Positions 42,128 through 50,927 of a DNA stretch of 64,000 nucleotides are shown one piece after another. This DNA is from Clostridia bacterium (lineage in GTDB: Bacteria > Bacillota > Clostridia > Oscillospirales > CAG-382): the NCBI GenBank assembly GCA_017537345.1, contig JAFYKY010000012.1:134665-198664 (forward strand), in the 5' to 3' direction. The position numbers and the translations under genes were made by a program. The first letter of the stretch is position 1. The number at the start of each line of letters is the position of its first letter. The notes beneath the pieces were generated by a model. The model was not told where the DNA came from, made no database searches, and saw nothing but the letters and a program-made list of their open reading frames with translations.

Positions 42128-42520
42128 TTAATGGCAGCCGCCGCAAGCAGAGCAATCCCCGCCGCAAGAATGCTGGCTTTCGGGAATAACTCTGGACTGG
42201 ATCTCGGAATTAAGCACGTTAAGAAGCTCGTTAAGCTCGTTTTCCGCATTTGCAAGAGCAACCATAACGGGGTTAGCCATAACCTCTTCGTAAAGCTCCT
42301 TCATACGGTTGTCGATCTGCTTAAGCAGCTCTTCGTCCTTGTTTTCGTCTGCCGCAGCCTTTTCATATATCATACGCTGTACGGTGTATTCGTTGATCTT
42401 GGTGGAGAGGGTATCGTCGTTATCAAAGTTTTCCTTTGCCGCTTTGTAGTTAATAACTACCTCGTCCTGTTCAATAGCGTCTGCCAATGCGAGAATGGCG
42501 TTTTTTGTGGTTTCGTTCAT
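42128..42520 (-). CDS. ymcA: YlbF/YmcA-family regulatory protein with Cys-rich tail
   Basis: 130 aa helical protein in the conserved position between miaB and mutS. C-terminus is CGGDCSACGGCH. Confidence 0.65.
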   Translation of the reverse strand: MNETTKNAILALADAIEQDEVVINYKAAKENFDNDDTLSTKINEYTVQRMIYEKAAADENKDEELLKQIDNRMKELYEEVMANPVMVALANAENELNELLNVLNSEIQSRVIPESQHSCGGDCSACGGCH

Positions 42521-42535
42521 TTTTTATAGTTCCTT

Positions 42536-43924
42536 TCAATTAATTACTTTTCCTTTTAAACCGTATGCCTTGGTTTCGGTTATCTCCACTTTTACAAACT
42601 GCCCCGCGGGCACGTCTTTATCCAAGGTAACGATCTTGTTTTGGCTGTTTCTTGCTTCAAAATTTCCGTCGGAAAGCACTTTTATAATTTTTCCTATATA
42701 GCTTTTGCTCTTTTCCGCAGAAATTTCGTCCTGAGCGGCGGAAAGCTCCTTGAATCTTCTCACCTGCTCTTCGTGGGGGATATGACCTTCCATCTTTGCC
42801 GCCACCGTTCCGGGACGGGGAGAGTATATAAATGTGTATATCATATCGTATCCCACTTCCTTTATTAAGGAAACGGTATCCTCAAATTCCTCTGCCGTTT
42901 CCGTGGGGAACCCGCATATAATATCCGTGGTTATGGCGGTTTCGGGCATAGCGGTGCGTATCTTTTTAACCGTTTCAAGATATTTTTCTCTTGTATATTT
43001 ACGGTTCATCGCCTTTAATATTCTGTCATTACCGGATTGTGCGGGGAGATGGAAATGGCGTGCAATGGTTTCGGGGTGGTTTTTCATAACCTCAATAAGC
43101 TTGTCCGAAGCGTCCTTGGGGTGGCTTGTCATAAACCGAATACGGTATTCCCCGTTGGCGGATGCGGCGGCATCCAGCAGTTCGGGGAAATCCATATCCC
43201 CTTTATAGCTGTTTACGTTTTGCCCAAGGAGGGTTATATCCTTATATCCTGCGTCAATAAGTCCTTTTATCTCTTTAAGTATTTCTGCGCTGTTTCTGCT
43301 TCTTTCTCTGCCGCGGACATGGGGAACAACGCAGTAAGAGCAAAAGTTATTACAGCCGTACATTATAGAAACCCAGGCCTTGTAATCGGAAGAGCGCAAA
43401 ACGGGCACGTCCTCCGCAATCACACCAAGCTTATCGTGGGAAAGACCGGAAACGTAATACTGTCTTTTTCCCGTTTTCAAAACGGTGTACAGCATTTCGG
43501 CAAGGAGATGGTTTTTATCCGTTCCAAACACCAGATCCACGTAAGGATAACTGTTTTTTATCTGGTCCTTGCGGTACTCCTGCTGTGCCATACATCCGCA
43601 AACGGCAATAACCGTTTTGGGACGGTCCTTTTTTATCTTTTTAAACTGTCCCGTGCCGGAAAGCGCCCGTTTTTCTGCGTGCTCGCGTATGGCGCAGGTG
43701 TTTATAATAATAAGGTCGGCGCTCTCCTCGTCATCCGTAAGGGTATAACCGCATTCCACGGCTATTCCCCCCAGCCGTTCCGTGTCCGCTTCGTTTTGCT
43801 GGCATCCGAAGGTGCGCAAAAACACGGTGGGGGAAGCGTATCTTTCTTTTATTATCTCTCTCACCCTGCAGGCGTATTCCTTTTGGCTTTCCATCACCTG
43901 AGGGGAAACGTATATGTCTGTCAT
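42536..43924 (-). CDS. miaB: tRNA-2-methylthio-N6-dimethylallyladenosine synthase
   Basis: 462 aa. UPF0004 domain Cys (FGCQQN, NTCAIRE, CGCM). Radical-SAM CNNFCSYC. C-terminal TRAM domain. Confidence 0.93.
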   Translation of the reverse strand: MTDIYVSPQVMESQKEYACRVREIIKERYASPTVFLRTFGCQQNEADTERLGGIAVECGYTLTDDEESADLIIINTCAIREHAEKRALSGTGQFKKIKKDRPKTVIAVCGCMAQQEYRKDQIKNSYPYVDLVFGTDKNHLLAEMLYTVLKTGKRQYYVSGLSHDKLGVIAEDVPVLRSSDYKAWVSIMYGCNNFCSYCVVPHVRGRERSRNSAEILKEIKGLIDAGYKDITLLGQNVNSYKGDMDFPELLDAAASANGEYRIRFMTSHPKDASDKLIEVMKNHPETIARHFHLPAQSGNDRILKAMNRKYTREKYLETVKKIRTAMPETAITTDIICGFPTETAEEFEDTVSLIKEVGYDMIYTFIYSPRPGTVAAKMEGHIPHEEQVRRFKELSAAQDEISAEKSKSYIGKIIKVLSDGNFEARNSQNKIVTLDKDVPAGQFVKVEITETKAYGLKGKVIN

Positions 43925-44673
43925 TTTAAAGTTCCTATTGCAATAATATTGTTTTTCATGTGGGGCTGTGTTTCAAAATCGCTTTCGCACACGCCGTAAG
44001 GACCGCAGGAATGAATAAATCTGCCGTTTCCTTCGTATATCGCCACGTGCCCTCTGTAAAACAGCAGGTCGCCTTTTTGCGCTTCGGCAAGAGTTATCTG
44101 CTTCAAAGCGGTGCTGCGGTCAATGTCCGCATCTCTCCAAAGGGTTATTCCCGCCATTTGGTAGGACATAAACGCAAGTCCGGAGCAATCTATACCCATC
44201 GGGCTTTTTCCGCCCCAGCGGTACTGGACGCCCAGATAGCTTTTTGCGGTTTCCACTATAATATCACGGAAATTCTCTGTCATTTTGGGGTAAGGTGCAA
44301 CCCATTCCTTGTGCATATATCCTCCCGTTTTATCGGGCAGAATAACCATACCGTATCTTTCCCCTTCGTGAGGTGCGCCGTAATCAACTCTGCTTCCCTT
44401 GGGGAAGGTTATAATGGGGGTGCGGCAGTTTTCGGGGGTAGGAAGCAGGTCGGCAAAAAGCTTTTTCACCACAAAGCCGCCTCTTACCAATACGGGGCAG
44501 ATATCTGTTTTTTCCACCCAGCCGATATATTCGTAATCGGTTTTAATTTTATAAAAAGAATGGAAATCATCCAGAATTTCACATTCCGTGCCAAACAGAG
44601 CTTCGTCCACGTGCTCGGAAGTTTTGTCGGGCAGGGAATAAAGGTGAGAAATGGGTACGCAAACTGTATACAT
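43921..44673 (-). CDS. NlpC/P60 (C40) peptidase with SH3-like N-terminal domains
   Basis: 250 aa. YRWGGKSPMGIDCSGLAFMSY (catalytic Cys), GDLLFYRGHVAIY (His). AAGGAG RBS. ATGA overlap with miaB. Confidence 0.85.
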   Translation of the reverse strand: MYTVCVPISHLYSLPDKTSEHVDEALFGTECEILDDFHSFYKIKTDYEYIGWVEKTDICPVLVRGGFVVKKLFADLLPTPENCRTPIITFPKGSRVDYGAPHEGERYGMVILPDKTGGYMHKEWVAPYPKMTENFRDIIVETAKSYLGVQYRWGGKSPMGIDCSGLAFMSYQMAGITLWRDADIDRSTALKQITLAEAQKGDLLFYRGHVAIYEGNGRFIHSCGPYGVCESDFETQPHMKNNIIAIGTLK

Positions 44674-44689
44674 AGCAAACTCCTTTATG

Positions 44690-44785
44690 TTAACGATGAA
44701 CTATGAACTATGAACGATGAACTATGGTTGATTTTTGTTCTGCGAACAAAAATCTTCATTATTTTTCTTCGTTTATTCATCACTT
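44690..44785. repeat. modular repeat in a divergent promoter region
   Basis: TTAACGATG AACTATG AACTATG AACGATG AACTATG (44690-44726). ATGGTTGATTTTTGTTC-tgc-GAACAAAAATCTTC (44724-44757; 34 nt identical to 19216-19249). Degenerate pyrimidine heptamers follow. Confidence 0.85.
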
Positions 44786-44847
44786 TTTCGCAAAAACTAT
44801 ATTACGGAAAGGAATGATATTTTATTAAAAAATATATAATTTTATTT

Positions 44848-46215
44848 TTGCTTATTTTTGCATTCCCTCTTTCCGCGTTGGCGGGGGAGGGTTGGTATTT
44901 CAAAAGCGGTAAGGGCAGACCCCAATGCTTCGGCGGTGAAAAATGGGTTACCGAAAAAGGGGCGCTCTTTATGGGCGCAGAGGGGGATAAAACGGTTTAT
45001 CTCACCTTCGATGCGGGCTACGGTAATGAAAACGTGCGCTCTATCGCCCAAACTCTTATGAAAACCCACACCACGGCGGCGTTTTTCATACTTCCCGCCT
45101 TTGCGGATACGGATGGGGAATTAATAAAAACTCTCGATGAAAAGGGATATTTTATCTGCAACCATTCATATTCCCACAAGGATATGTCCCTGCTTTCAAA
45201 AGCACAGCTCCAAAAAGAATTAACCAAAGCAGAGGAATACGTTTTTGAAAAAACGGGAGTAAAGATGAAAAAATACTTCCGCCCGCCGGAGGGGACTTTT
45301 TCAAAGGAAATGCTGGATAATTGCAATGCCTTGGGCTATAAAACCGTGTTCTGGTCCTTTGCCTATGCGGATTGGGATAACAACAACCAAAAGGATGAAA
45401 GCTGGGCGTATGAGCGCATAATGTCCTCGCTCCACGACGGAATGGTAATACTGCTTCACCCAAATTCCGTTACAAACGCAAAGATACTTGAAAAGCTTAT
45501 AACCGATATCCGTGCAAAGGGATATAAATTCGGAAATCTTGACGAGCTTTACGCTTCCCAGTACGGAGTTGAAACTTCCGGATATATCAGAGATAATAAA
45601 GAAGCAGGCAAATGCGTGGCGCTTACCTTTGATGACGGACCTCACCCCGAGTACACTCCCCAAATTTTGGATATTTTAGATGAATACGGGGTAAAAGCCA
45701 CCTTTTTCGTGGTAGGGGAAAACGCCGCCCGTTATCCGGAGATCGTAAAACGAATAATAGATTCGGGCCACGAGATCGGCAACCACACCTGGTCCCACAA
45801 GGGGATGAAGGGGATCACCAGAGAGCAGGCGGAAAAAGAGATTACGGATACCCACGTCTTTTTAAAGGAAACCTTTAATTACTGCCCCGTTTTGTTCCGT
45901 CCTCCCGGAGGCGGGGAATATTCCCTTGCACGGGAAATTGCGGCGGAAAACGGATATAAATACGTTTTGTGGGCGTGGCGCACCGATTCAAAGGATTGGG
46001 CGTGCCCCGATGCGGAAAGCATTTCCCAAACCGTGCTTTCCACCGTGTCGGAGGGGGATATCGTTCTTTTGCACGATTACGTGGGGGGTAAAAGCTCTAC
46101 TCCGCAGGCGCTTCGGCAGATAATTCCTCAGCTACTTGCGCAGGGGTATTCACTTGATACGGTTTCCGGGCTTTTATCACGCGGGAGTACGCGATCCAAC
46201 CTGCAAGGAGAATAA
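44848..46215 (+). CDS. tandem polysaccharide deacetylase (NodB) domain protein, PdaA-like N-terminal domain
   Basis: 455 aa from TTG 44848. The in-frame ATT at 44824 would add MKKYIILF and give a canonical signal peptide. TFDAGYG...NHSYSHKDM and LTFDDGPHPEYT...GNHTWSH motifs. Confidence 0.8.
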   Translation: MLIFAFPLSALAGEGWYFKSGKGRPQCFGGEKWVTEKGALFMGAEGDKTVYLTFDAGYGNENVRSIAQTLMKTHTTAAFFILPAFADTDGELIKTLDEKGYFICNHSYSHKDMSLLSKAQLQKELTKAEEYVFEKTGVKMKKYFRPPEGTFSKEMLDNCNALGYKTVFWSFAYADWDNNNQKDESWAYERIMSSLHDGMVILLHPNSVTNAKILEKLITDIRAKGYKFGNLDELYASQYGVETSGYIRDNKEAGKCVALTFDDGPHPEYTPQILDILDEYGVKATFFVVGENAARYPEIVKRIIDSGHEIGNHTWSHKGMKGITREQAEKEITDTHVFLKETFNYCPVLFRPPGGGEYSLAREIAAENGYKYVLWAWRTDSKDWACPDAESISQTVLSTVSEGDIVLLHDYVGGKSSTPQALRQIIPQLLAQGYSLDTVSGLLSRGSTRSNLQGE

Positions 46216-47860
46216 CTGCGCAGACATTAAGCCAAAAAGAAATATGCTGTATGGCGGTGCCGCTGTAGGTTACGTACACGGTGCCGTCTGTTTTTATATC
46301 TCTTAAGAAAACGCGCAACACGTTGTTTTCGCCGTATTCGGTGTTAAGTGAAATTTCGTTTCCGTCTTTATCGGTAAACACGGCGGTATAGCCCTTATAA
46401 TTTATAAGGGGAAGATCCATATAAGTTCCCATGTCTTCGCTATATTCAATGGGAATATACATATCGCCGTTTTTCTCTTGGGTAAATATCTTTTTTGTTC
46501 CGTCGGTTTTAATAACCTTGCCTCTGTTATAAAGGGCGGTTCTGTTTGTGCCGGTGGGGAGATATTCTCCCGTGCCGATATTAAAGCCGATATTATTGCC
46601 CTTGTAATAGGTTACCGTTTGCCCCGTCTTTTCATAGGAGGCATAGGTGTTATAGCGGGGGATAAACACGCTTCCGAAAGCGCATATACCCGCAACGCAG
46701 GCAAGGGAAACAAAGGTCACCGCATCCTGCTTTTCCATACGGGAACAGTAATCCGAAGCGGCAAGCGCCATAAACAAAGTGGCAAAAAGCATTATTCGCC
46801 AAGGGAACTGAATAGTGCCGAAAAGGCTTTGGAAAATCTCTTTTTCCCAAGGGAACAGGTCGCTTATCATAAACAGCAAAAGGTTTGCGGTTATAAGATA
46901 TGCATCTCCTGTGCAGAATTTATGCTTGCGCAGAACAACAAAACGGAACACCAAAAGTATAATGGGCAGGTATCCGATACCGTTGGGTATCCAGAATTCA
47001 CGGCTTTCGTTAAGGTTTAAAAGGGAAAACAGTTGTTTTATCTGCATGGACCTTTGCTCCATGGTGCCGAACACCGTGGCAGAGGAGCCGTCCGTTGCCA
47101 GAAACTCCGTGCTTTTGAGCTGTTCAAGCAGGGGCAGCAGAAAAGAAGCGGAAATAAGCACAAACACCAAAGCACATACGGCAATAGCGCCGATCTTTTT
47201 CGGGTTCTTTACAAGCTTTAAGGTGTGGATAATTGCGTATACCAAAAGGAAAACCGCTGTCATAACGCTGGTTATAAGGTGGCTGAAAAGCACCGCCGCC
47301 AAGCCGATCGGCAGATAATACCAGTATTTTCCTTCATCGTTAATAATGCTGTGAAGTCCCAAAAAGGCAAGGGGAACAAACACAAACGCCTGCATTTCGC
47401 CTATTGCGGCTCTGGTAAAAACGTCCACCGCAAAATAAGAAGAAACCGCATAGGTAAAGGCAAACACCACAGCCGATGATTTTTTATTAAACATCCGTCT
47501 TCCGCAATAATACGCCATAAGCACGCAGGCGCAAACGCATATTATCATAAACGCCTTGTATGCAAGGGGCATGGGCATTCCCGCCAGAATGAGCAGTGAG
47601 GGAATAATTAAGAACAGATCTCCGTAAAACATAGGGGAAGCATAGCCGTATCCGTCGTATACGAAATAATACAGCCTTGCGGGTATGTTGCCCGCATCTA
47701 TCTCCTGCGCCAGCGCTTCCATTCTGGTCATATGGAAATATACGTCGTGTCCCAAAAAGGTCTGCACACTGCAAAGGGGAATAACAATGCACAAAAGAAG
47801 CAGCAGGCAGATGAGCAGTATAAGATAATGATTTTTTACAAAGGCTTGCAGTTTTTCCAT
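46097..47860 (-). CDS. polytopic membrane protein, GT-C-like putative glycosyltransferase (PTPS-related/YfhO-like)
   Basis: 587 aa with more than 10 TM helices. N-terminal loop GHDVYFHMTRMEALAQEIDAGNIPARL is typical of this family. C-terminal beta domain plus a last TM. Confidence 0.55.
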   Translation of the reverse strand: MEKLQAFVKNHYLILLICLLLLLCIVIPLCSVQTFLGHDVYFHMTRMEALAQEIDAGNIPARLYYFVYDGYGYASPMFYGDLFLIIPSLLILAGMPMPLAYKAFMIICVCACVLMAYYCGRRMFNKKSSAVVFAFTYAVSSYFAVDVFTRAAIGEMQAFVFVPLAFLGLHSIINDEGKYWYYLPIGLAAVLFSHLITSVMTAVFLLVYAIIHTLKLVKNPKKIGAIAVCALVFVLISASFLLPLLEQLKSTEFLATDGSSATVFGTMEQRSMQIKQLFSLLNLNESREFWIPNGIGYLPIILLVFRFVVLRKHKFCTGDAYLITANLLLFMISDLFPWEKEIFQSLFGTIQFPWRIMLFATLFMALAASDYCSRMEKQDAVTFVSLACVAGICAFGSVFIPRYNTYASYEKTGQTVTYYKGNNIGFNIGTGEYLPTGTNRTALYNRGKVIKTDGTKKIFTQEKNGDMYIPIEYSEDMGTYMDLPLINYKGYTAVFTDKDGNEISLNTEYGENNVLRVFLRDIKTDGTVYVTYSGTAIQHISFWLNVCAVILLAGWIAYSRVIKARKPYQVNTPAQVAEELSAEAPAE

Positions 47861-47872
47861 TTTTGTTTCCTT

Positions 47873-48583
47873 TTAAGTTACGGGTGTTTCGCTCTTGCAA
47901 GCAACAAGGCCTGTTTTTCCGCAAAGACGCTTTGCAAGGGATTTATCATATTTGTGGCAAAGCACACCGGCAAACATTTTGCTTCCGTCGGGAGTTATTA
48001 AAATGCCCACGTCATTGTATACGTCCCCAAGGTCGCCGGGTTTTGTGTACATTTTTACGTTTCTGTAAATATATCTTCCCAAACGCTCAAGGCATTTCTG
48101 GGTGGAAAGCATTTCCATAGCCTCTTCGTTTTTGGAAAGAATTTCCATAACGGTGTAGCAATCTGCAAGAGAGGTCATATTCTCTCTGCCCTCTTCACGG
48201 GCTTTAAAATCCATCATCTTGCGGGCAAGAACGGTGTTTTTACAGCCTATTTCCAGAATATGCTTGTTTATTTCGTCCATACCCGCGTAATTTATAAGCA
48301 GGTTTGTGGCGGTGTTGTCGGAAAAGGATATCATAAAGGTAAGCGCATCCTTTAAGGTAACGGATTTCAATTTAAGCTCGCTTATAATGCTGGTGCCCAC
48401 CATATCCTTTCGGGTTATGGGTAAGGTAACATCCTCTTTATCTGCAAAGTAAGAGAGTATAAACAGCTTTATAACGCTGGCGGAAGGAAAGGCAACGTCT
48501 GTATTGTGGTTTACAAGAACCTCTCCTGTGTTCATATCTTTTACAAAAACGGCATTTTGGGAACAAAGGTATTTATTTATCAT
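47873..48583 (-). CDS. class A beta-lactamase-related serine hydrolase (no signal peptide)
   Basis: 236 aa. SASVIK (SxxK), SDN motif (FSDNTATN), KPGD (KTG-like). Confidence 0.7.
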   Translation of the reverse strand: MINKYLCSQNAVFVKDMNTGEVLVNHNTDVAFPSASVIKLFILSYFADKEDVTLPITRKDMVGTSIISELKLKSVTLKDALTFMISFSDNTATNLLINYAGMDEINKHILEIGCKNTVLARKMMDFKAREEGRENMTSLADCYTVMEILSKNEEAMEMLSTQKCLERLGRYIYRNVKMYTKPGDLGDVYNDVGILITPDGSKMFAGVLCHKYDKSLAKRLCGKTGLVACKSETPVT

Positions 48584-48758
48584 TGTTTTTTGCCTTCCTT
48601 TCCGTAAATAAAGTATTTTTACCCATTATCCTTATTATTATATCATTTTTGCAAAATAAATCAACATAAAAATTCGTTCTTTGCGGGTGTTTTTCACTAT
48701 TTTCCGCTTATATTTAAGGGGTATAATCTCTCTACTATACGTAAAGGGATAAAGAAGT

Positions 48759-50861
48759 ATGAAAAAGTATTTGAATTTCACCGTTTTAAAAGAATTTTTA
48801 CTGGGGGCGGTGTTGGGCGCATCCCCTCTTTACGGGGGCGTATATCCATTCGGGGCGGCGTATCTTTGCGGTTTTACCGGCAATATTCCCGCCTTCGCTC
48901 TGGGCGCTTTGGTTTCGGCGGTGTTGCTGGGCTCCCACCGCCTTGTTGCCTGCGCCGCACTTATATATACCGCCGCAATGCGTCTTTTGTTTGCAAAAAG
49001 AAAGCATGTGTGGTGGCGGGCTTTGCTCCTTTCATCCGCATACGGAGCTTTAATGCTCATCACATTGTTGTTTCAATGGGACAGTGGCGCAGACAAGCTT
49101 TTAAAAATATTTTTTATAATCCTTTTGCCTGCGGTTTATACAATGCTTGTATACTTTGGGGATAAACATATTGTTTTACAAAGCACCCATTATCTGGTTA
49201 CGGGACTTTTGATTTGCCGCGCTTTTTCGGGGGTATATATCTTTTCTGTTCCCGTTTCCGTGGCGGCGGCTGTGTTTTTGACTGCCCTTATGGGAAAAGA
49301 AAAAGGCTTTCCTCTTTCCGGCGCCGCAGGATTCGTCTACGGCTTGGCGGGCGGAGTTTCCGCCGTGCCCGTGGTGGGCATATTCGGGCTTGTTCACGGA
49401 CTTTTCGCCTTTGATTCCCCCTTGTTTGCCACACTTTTGGGATATATGCTTTCCGTTACCGCAGGGGCGTACATTCTTTCCTTTGATAATATTCTCCCAA
49501 TCGCCATTTCGGCACTTGCGGGAATAATCATCGCCTTGCCCTTTTTGTATAAAAAGCAGGTGTCGCCCAAAAGCACAGATCCCGCTTTCTCGGCGGACAA
49601 GGGTATGGCGGCGCTGGCGGCAGGCTTTTCCTCTCTTTCGGGGCTGTTTTACGCCGTTTCGGATACGGCGGTCGCTCTTCCCAGAGATAAAGCCTATACC
49701 GCCGTAAAGGAAAAGCTGGATACGCTGTGCAATACCTGCGGCGGCTGTCCTTTGGATAAAGGGGACCTTGCTACCCGACTTGCCGATGCCTGCGCGGAAA
49801 ACCGCACCCTTTCGGATGAGGATATGCCCAAATTCTTTTGCAGGGAATGTCCGAACAAGCAAGAGATAATCGCTATTCCCCTTGGGTGCGCCTTGGAAAA
49901 CCTTAAAGACGCAAAGGACGCTTATTCCCGTTTCGGGGCGGAATACAAGTGCTTTTCCAATATGCTTTCTGCATCCGCCCGCAAAACGGAGGAGGAGCGC
50001 ACCGAGGACGATTCCTTGGCATCCAAGGTGGAAAAGGTTTTGGAGGAAAAGGGAATATACTATGAAAAAGTCCGTGTTACGGGGGTGCGAAGCCGCCGTG
50101 TAGAGATATTCGGAGTCCATCCGGACAGTATCCGCATATCCTCGGGGGAGTTTTCCCGCTCGGTTGCCCGTGCCGTGGGCAGATGTCTTTCCTCGCCCGA
50201 ATTCGTGTGCCGGGAGGAAAAGACCACCGTCGTGTTTGACACTGTTCCCGCATTGCGCACCGAATCGGTAAAATTGGTGTGCGCCAGAAACGGGGAAAAG
50301 GTTTCGGGGGATACGGTAAGTCTTTTTGAAAACGGGGAGGGCTGCTTTTATTCTCTGGTTGCAGACGGAATGGGCTCGGGCAAGGAGGCGAATATGGTGT
50401 CCCGCCTCGCCGCTTTGTATCTTGAAAAGATCATCGGCGCAGGGGGAGATATGAACTCCGCCTTAATGCTGCTGGGTGATACCCTTTCAAGCTCTCCGGG
50501 GGAAACCTTTACCACCGTGGATATTCTGGAAGCGGACCGTGTCCTTGCCCGCGGGAAAATAGTAAAAGCGGGGGCGGCGCCAAGCTTTTTGCTTCGGGGA
50601 GGCAAGCAGTACGTCATCCGTTCAAAGACACCGCCTTTGGGTATAATAAAAGAGGTTACCCCAAAGCAGACCGCCTTTAATCTGCGCAAGGGGGATATTA
50701 TACTTATGGCGTCCGACGGGGTGGATATTTCTCCCTCCGCCATACAAAAAACCTTTCTTTCAGGCAAGGATTTACGCTCTGCCGCTGCCGCTTTAACGGA
50801 TTTAAGCCGTAAAAACGGTTTTGATGACGATATGTCTGTCTGTGCAGTAAGATTTTATTGA
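48759..50861 (+). CDS. spoIIE: stage II sporulation protein E (PP2C phosphatase with polytopic N-terminal domain)
   Basis: 700 aa with about 9 N-terminal TM helices. C-terminal PP2C: FYSLVADGMGSG, TTVDIL, MASDGV. Confidence 0.85.
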   Translation: MKKYLNFTVLKEFLLGAVLGASPLYGGVYPFGAAYLCGFTGNIPAFALGALVSAVLLGSHRLVACAALIYTAAMRLLFAKRKHVWWRALLLSSAYGALMLITLLFQWDSGADKLLKIFFIILLPAVYTMLVYFGDKHIVLQSTHYLVTGLLICRAFSGVYIFSVPVSVAAAVFLTALMGKEKGFPLSGAAGFVYGLAGGVSAVPVVGIFGLVHGLFAFDSPLFATLLGYMLSVTAGAYILSFDNILPIAISALAGIIIALPFLYKKQVSPKSTDPAFSADKGMAALAAGFSSLSGLFYAVSDTAVALPRDKAYTAVKEKLDTLCNTCGGCPLDKGDLATRLADACAENRTLSDEDMPKFFCRECPNKQEIIAIPLGCALENLKDAKDAYSRFGAEYKCFSNMLSASARKTEEERTEDDSLASKVEKVLEEKGIYYEKVRVTGVRSRRVEIFGVHPDSIRISSGEFSRSVARAVGRCLSSPEFVCREEKTTVVFDTVPALRTESVKLVCARNGEKVSGDTVSLFENGEGCFYSLVADGMGSGKEANMVSRLAALYLEKIIGAGGDMNSALMLLGDTLSSSPGETFTTVDILEADRVLARGKIVKAGAAPSFLLRGGKQYVIRSKTPPLGIIKEVTPKQTAFNLRKGDIILMASDGVDISPSAIQKTFLSGKDLRSAAAALTDLSRKNGFDDDMSVCAVRFY

Positions 50862-50927
50862 CATTTTCTTCTAAAAGGGGTAAAATCGGGGTATGGAAAA
50901 TATTTGTTTTTGAAAGGATGCTTTGTT

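Noticed and set aside
44692-44726. Heptamer arrays or repeated hairpins as a CRISPR array.
   Set aside because: The period is 7 nt with no spacers. Hairpin modules are dispersed singly across the window rather than regularly interspaced, and no cas genes are present.
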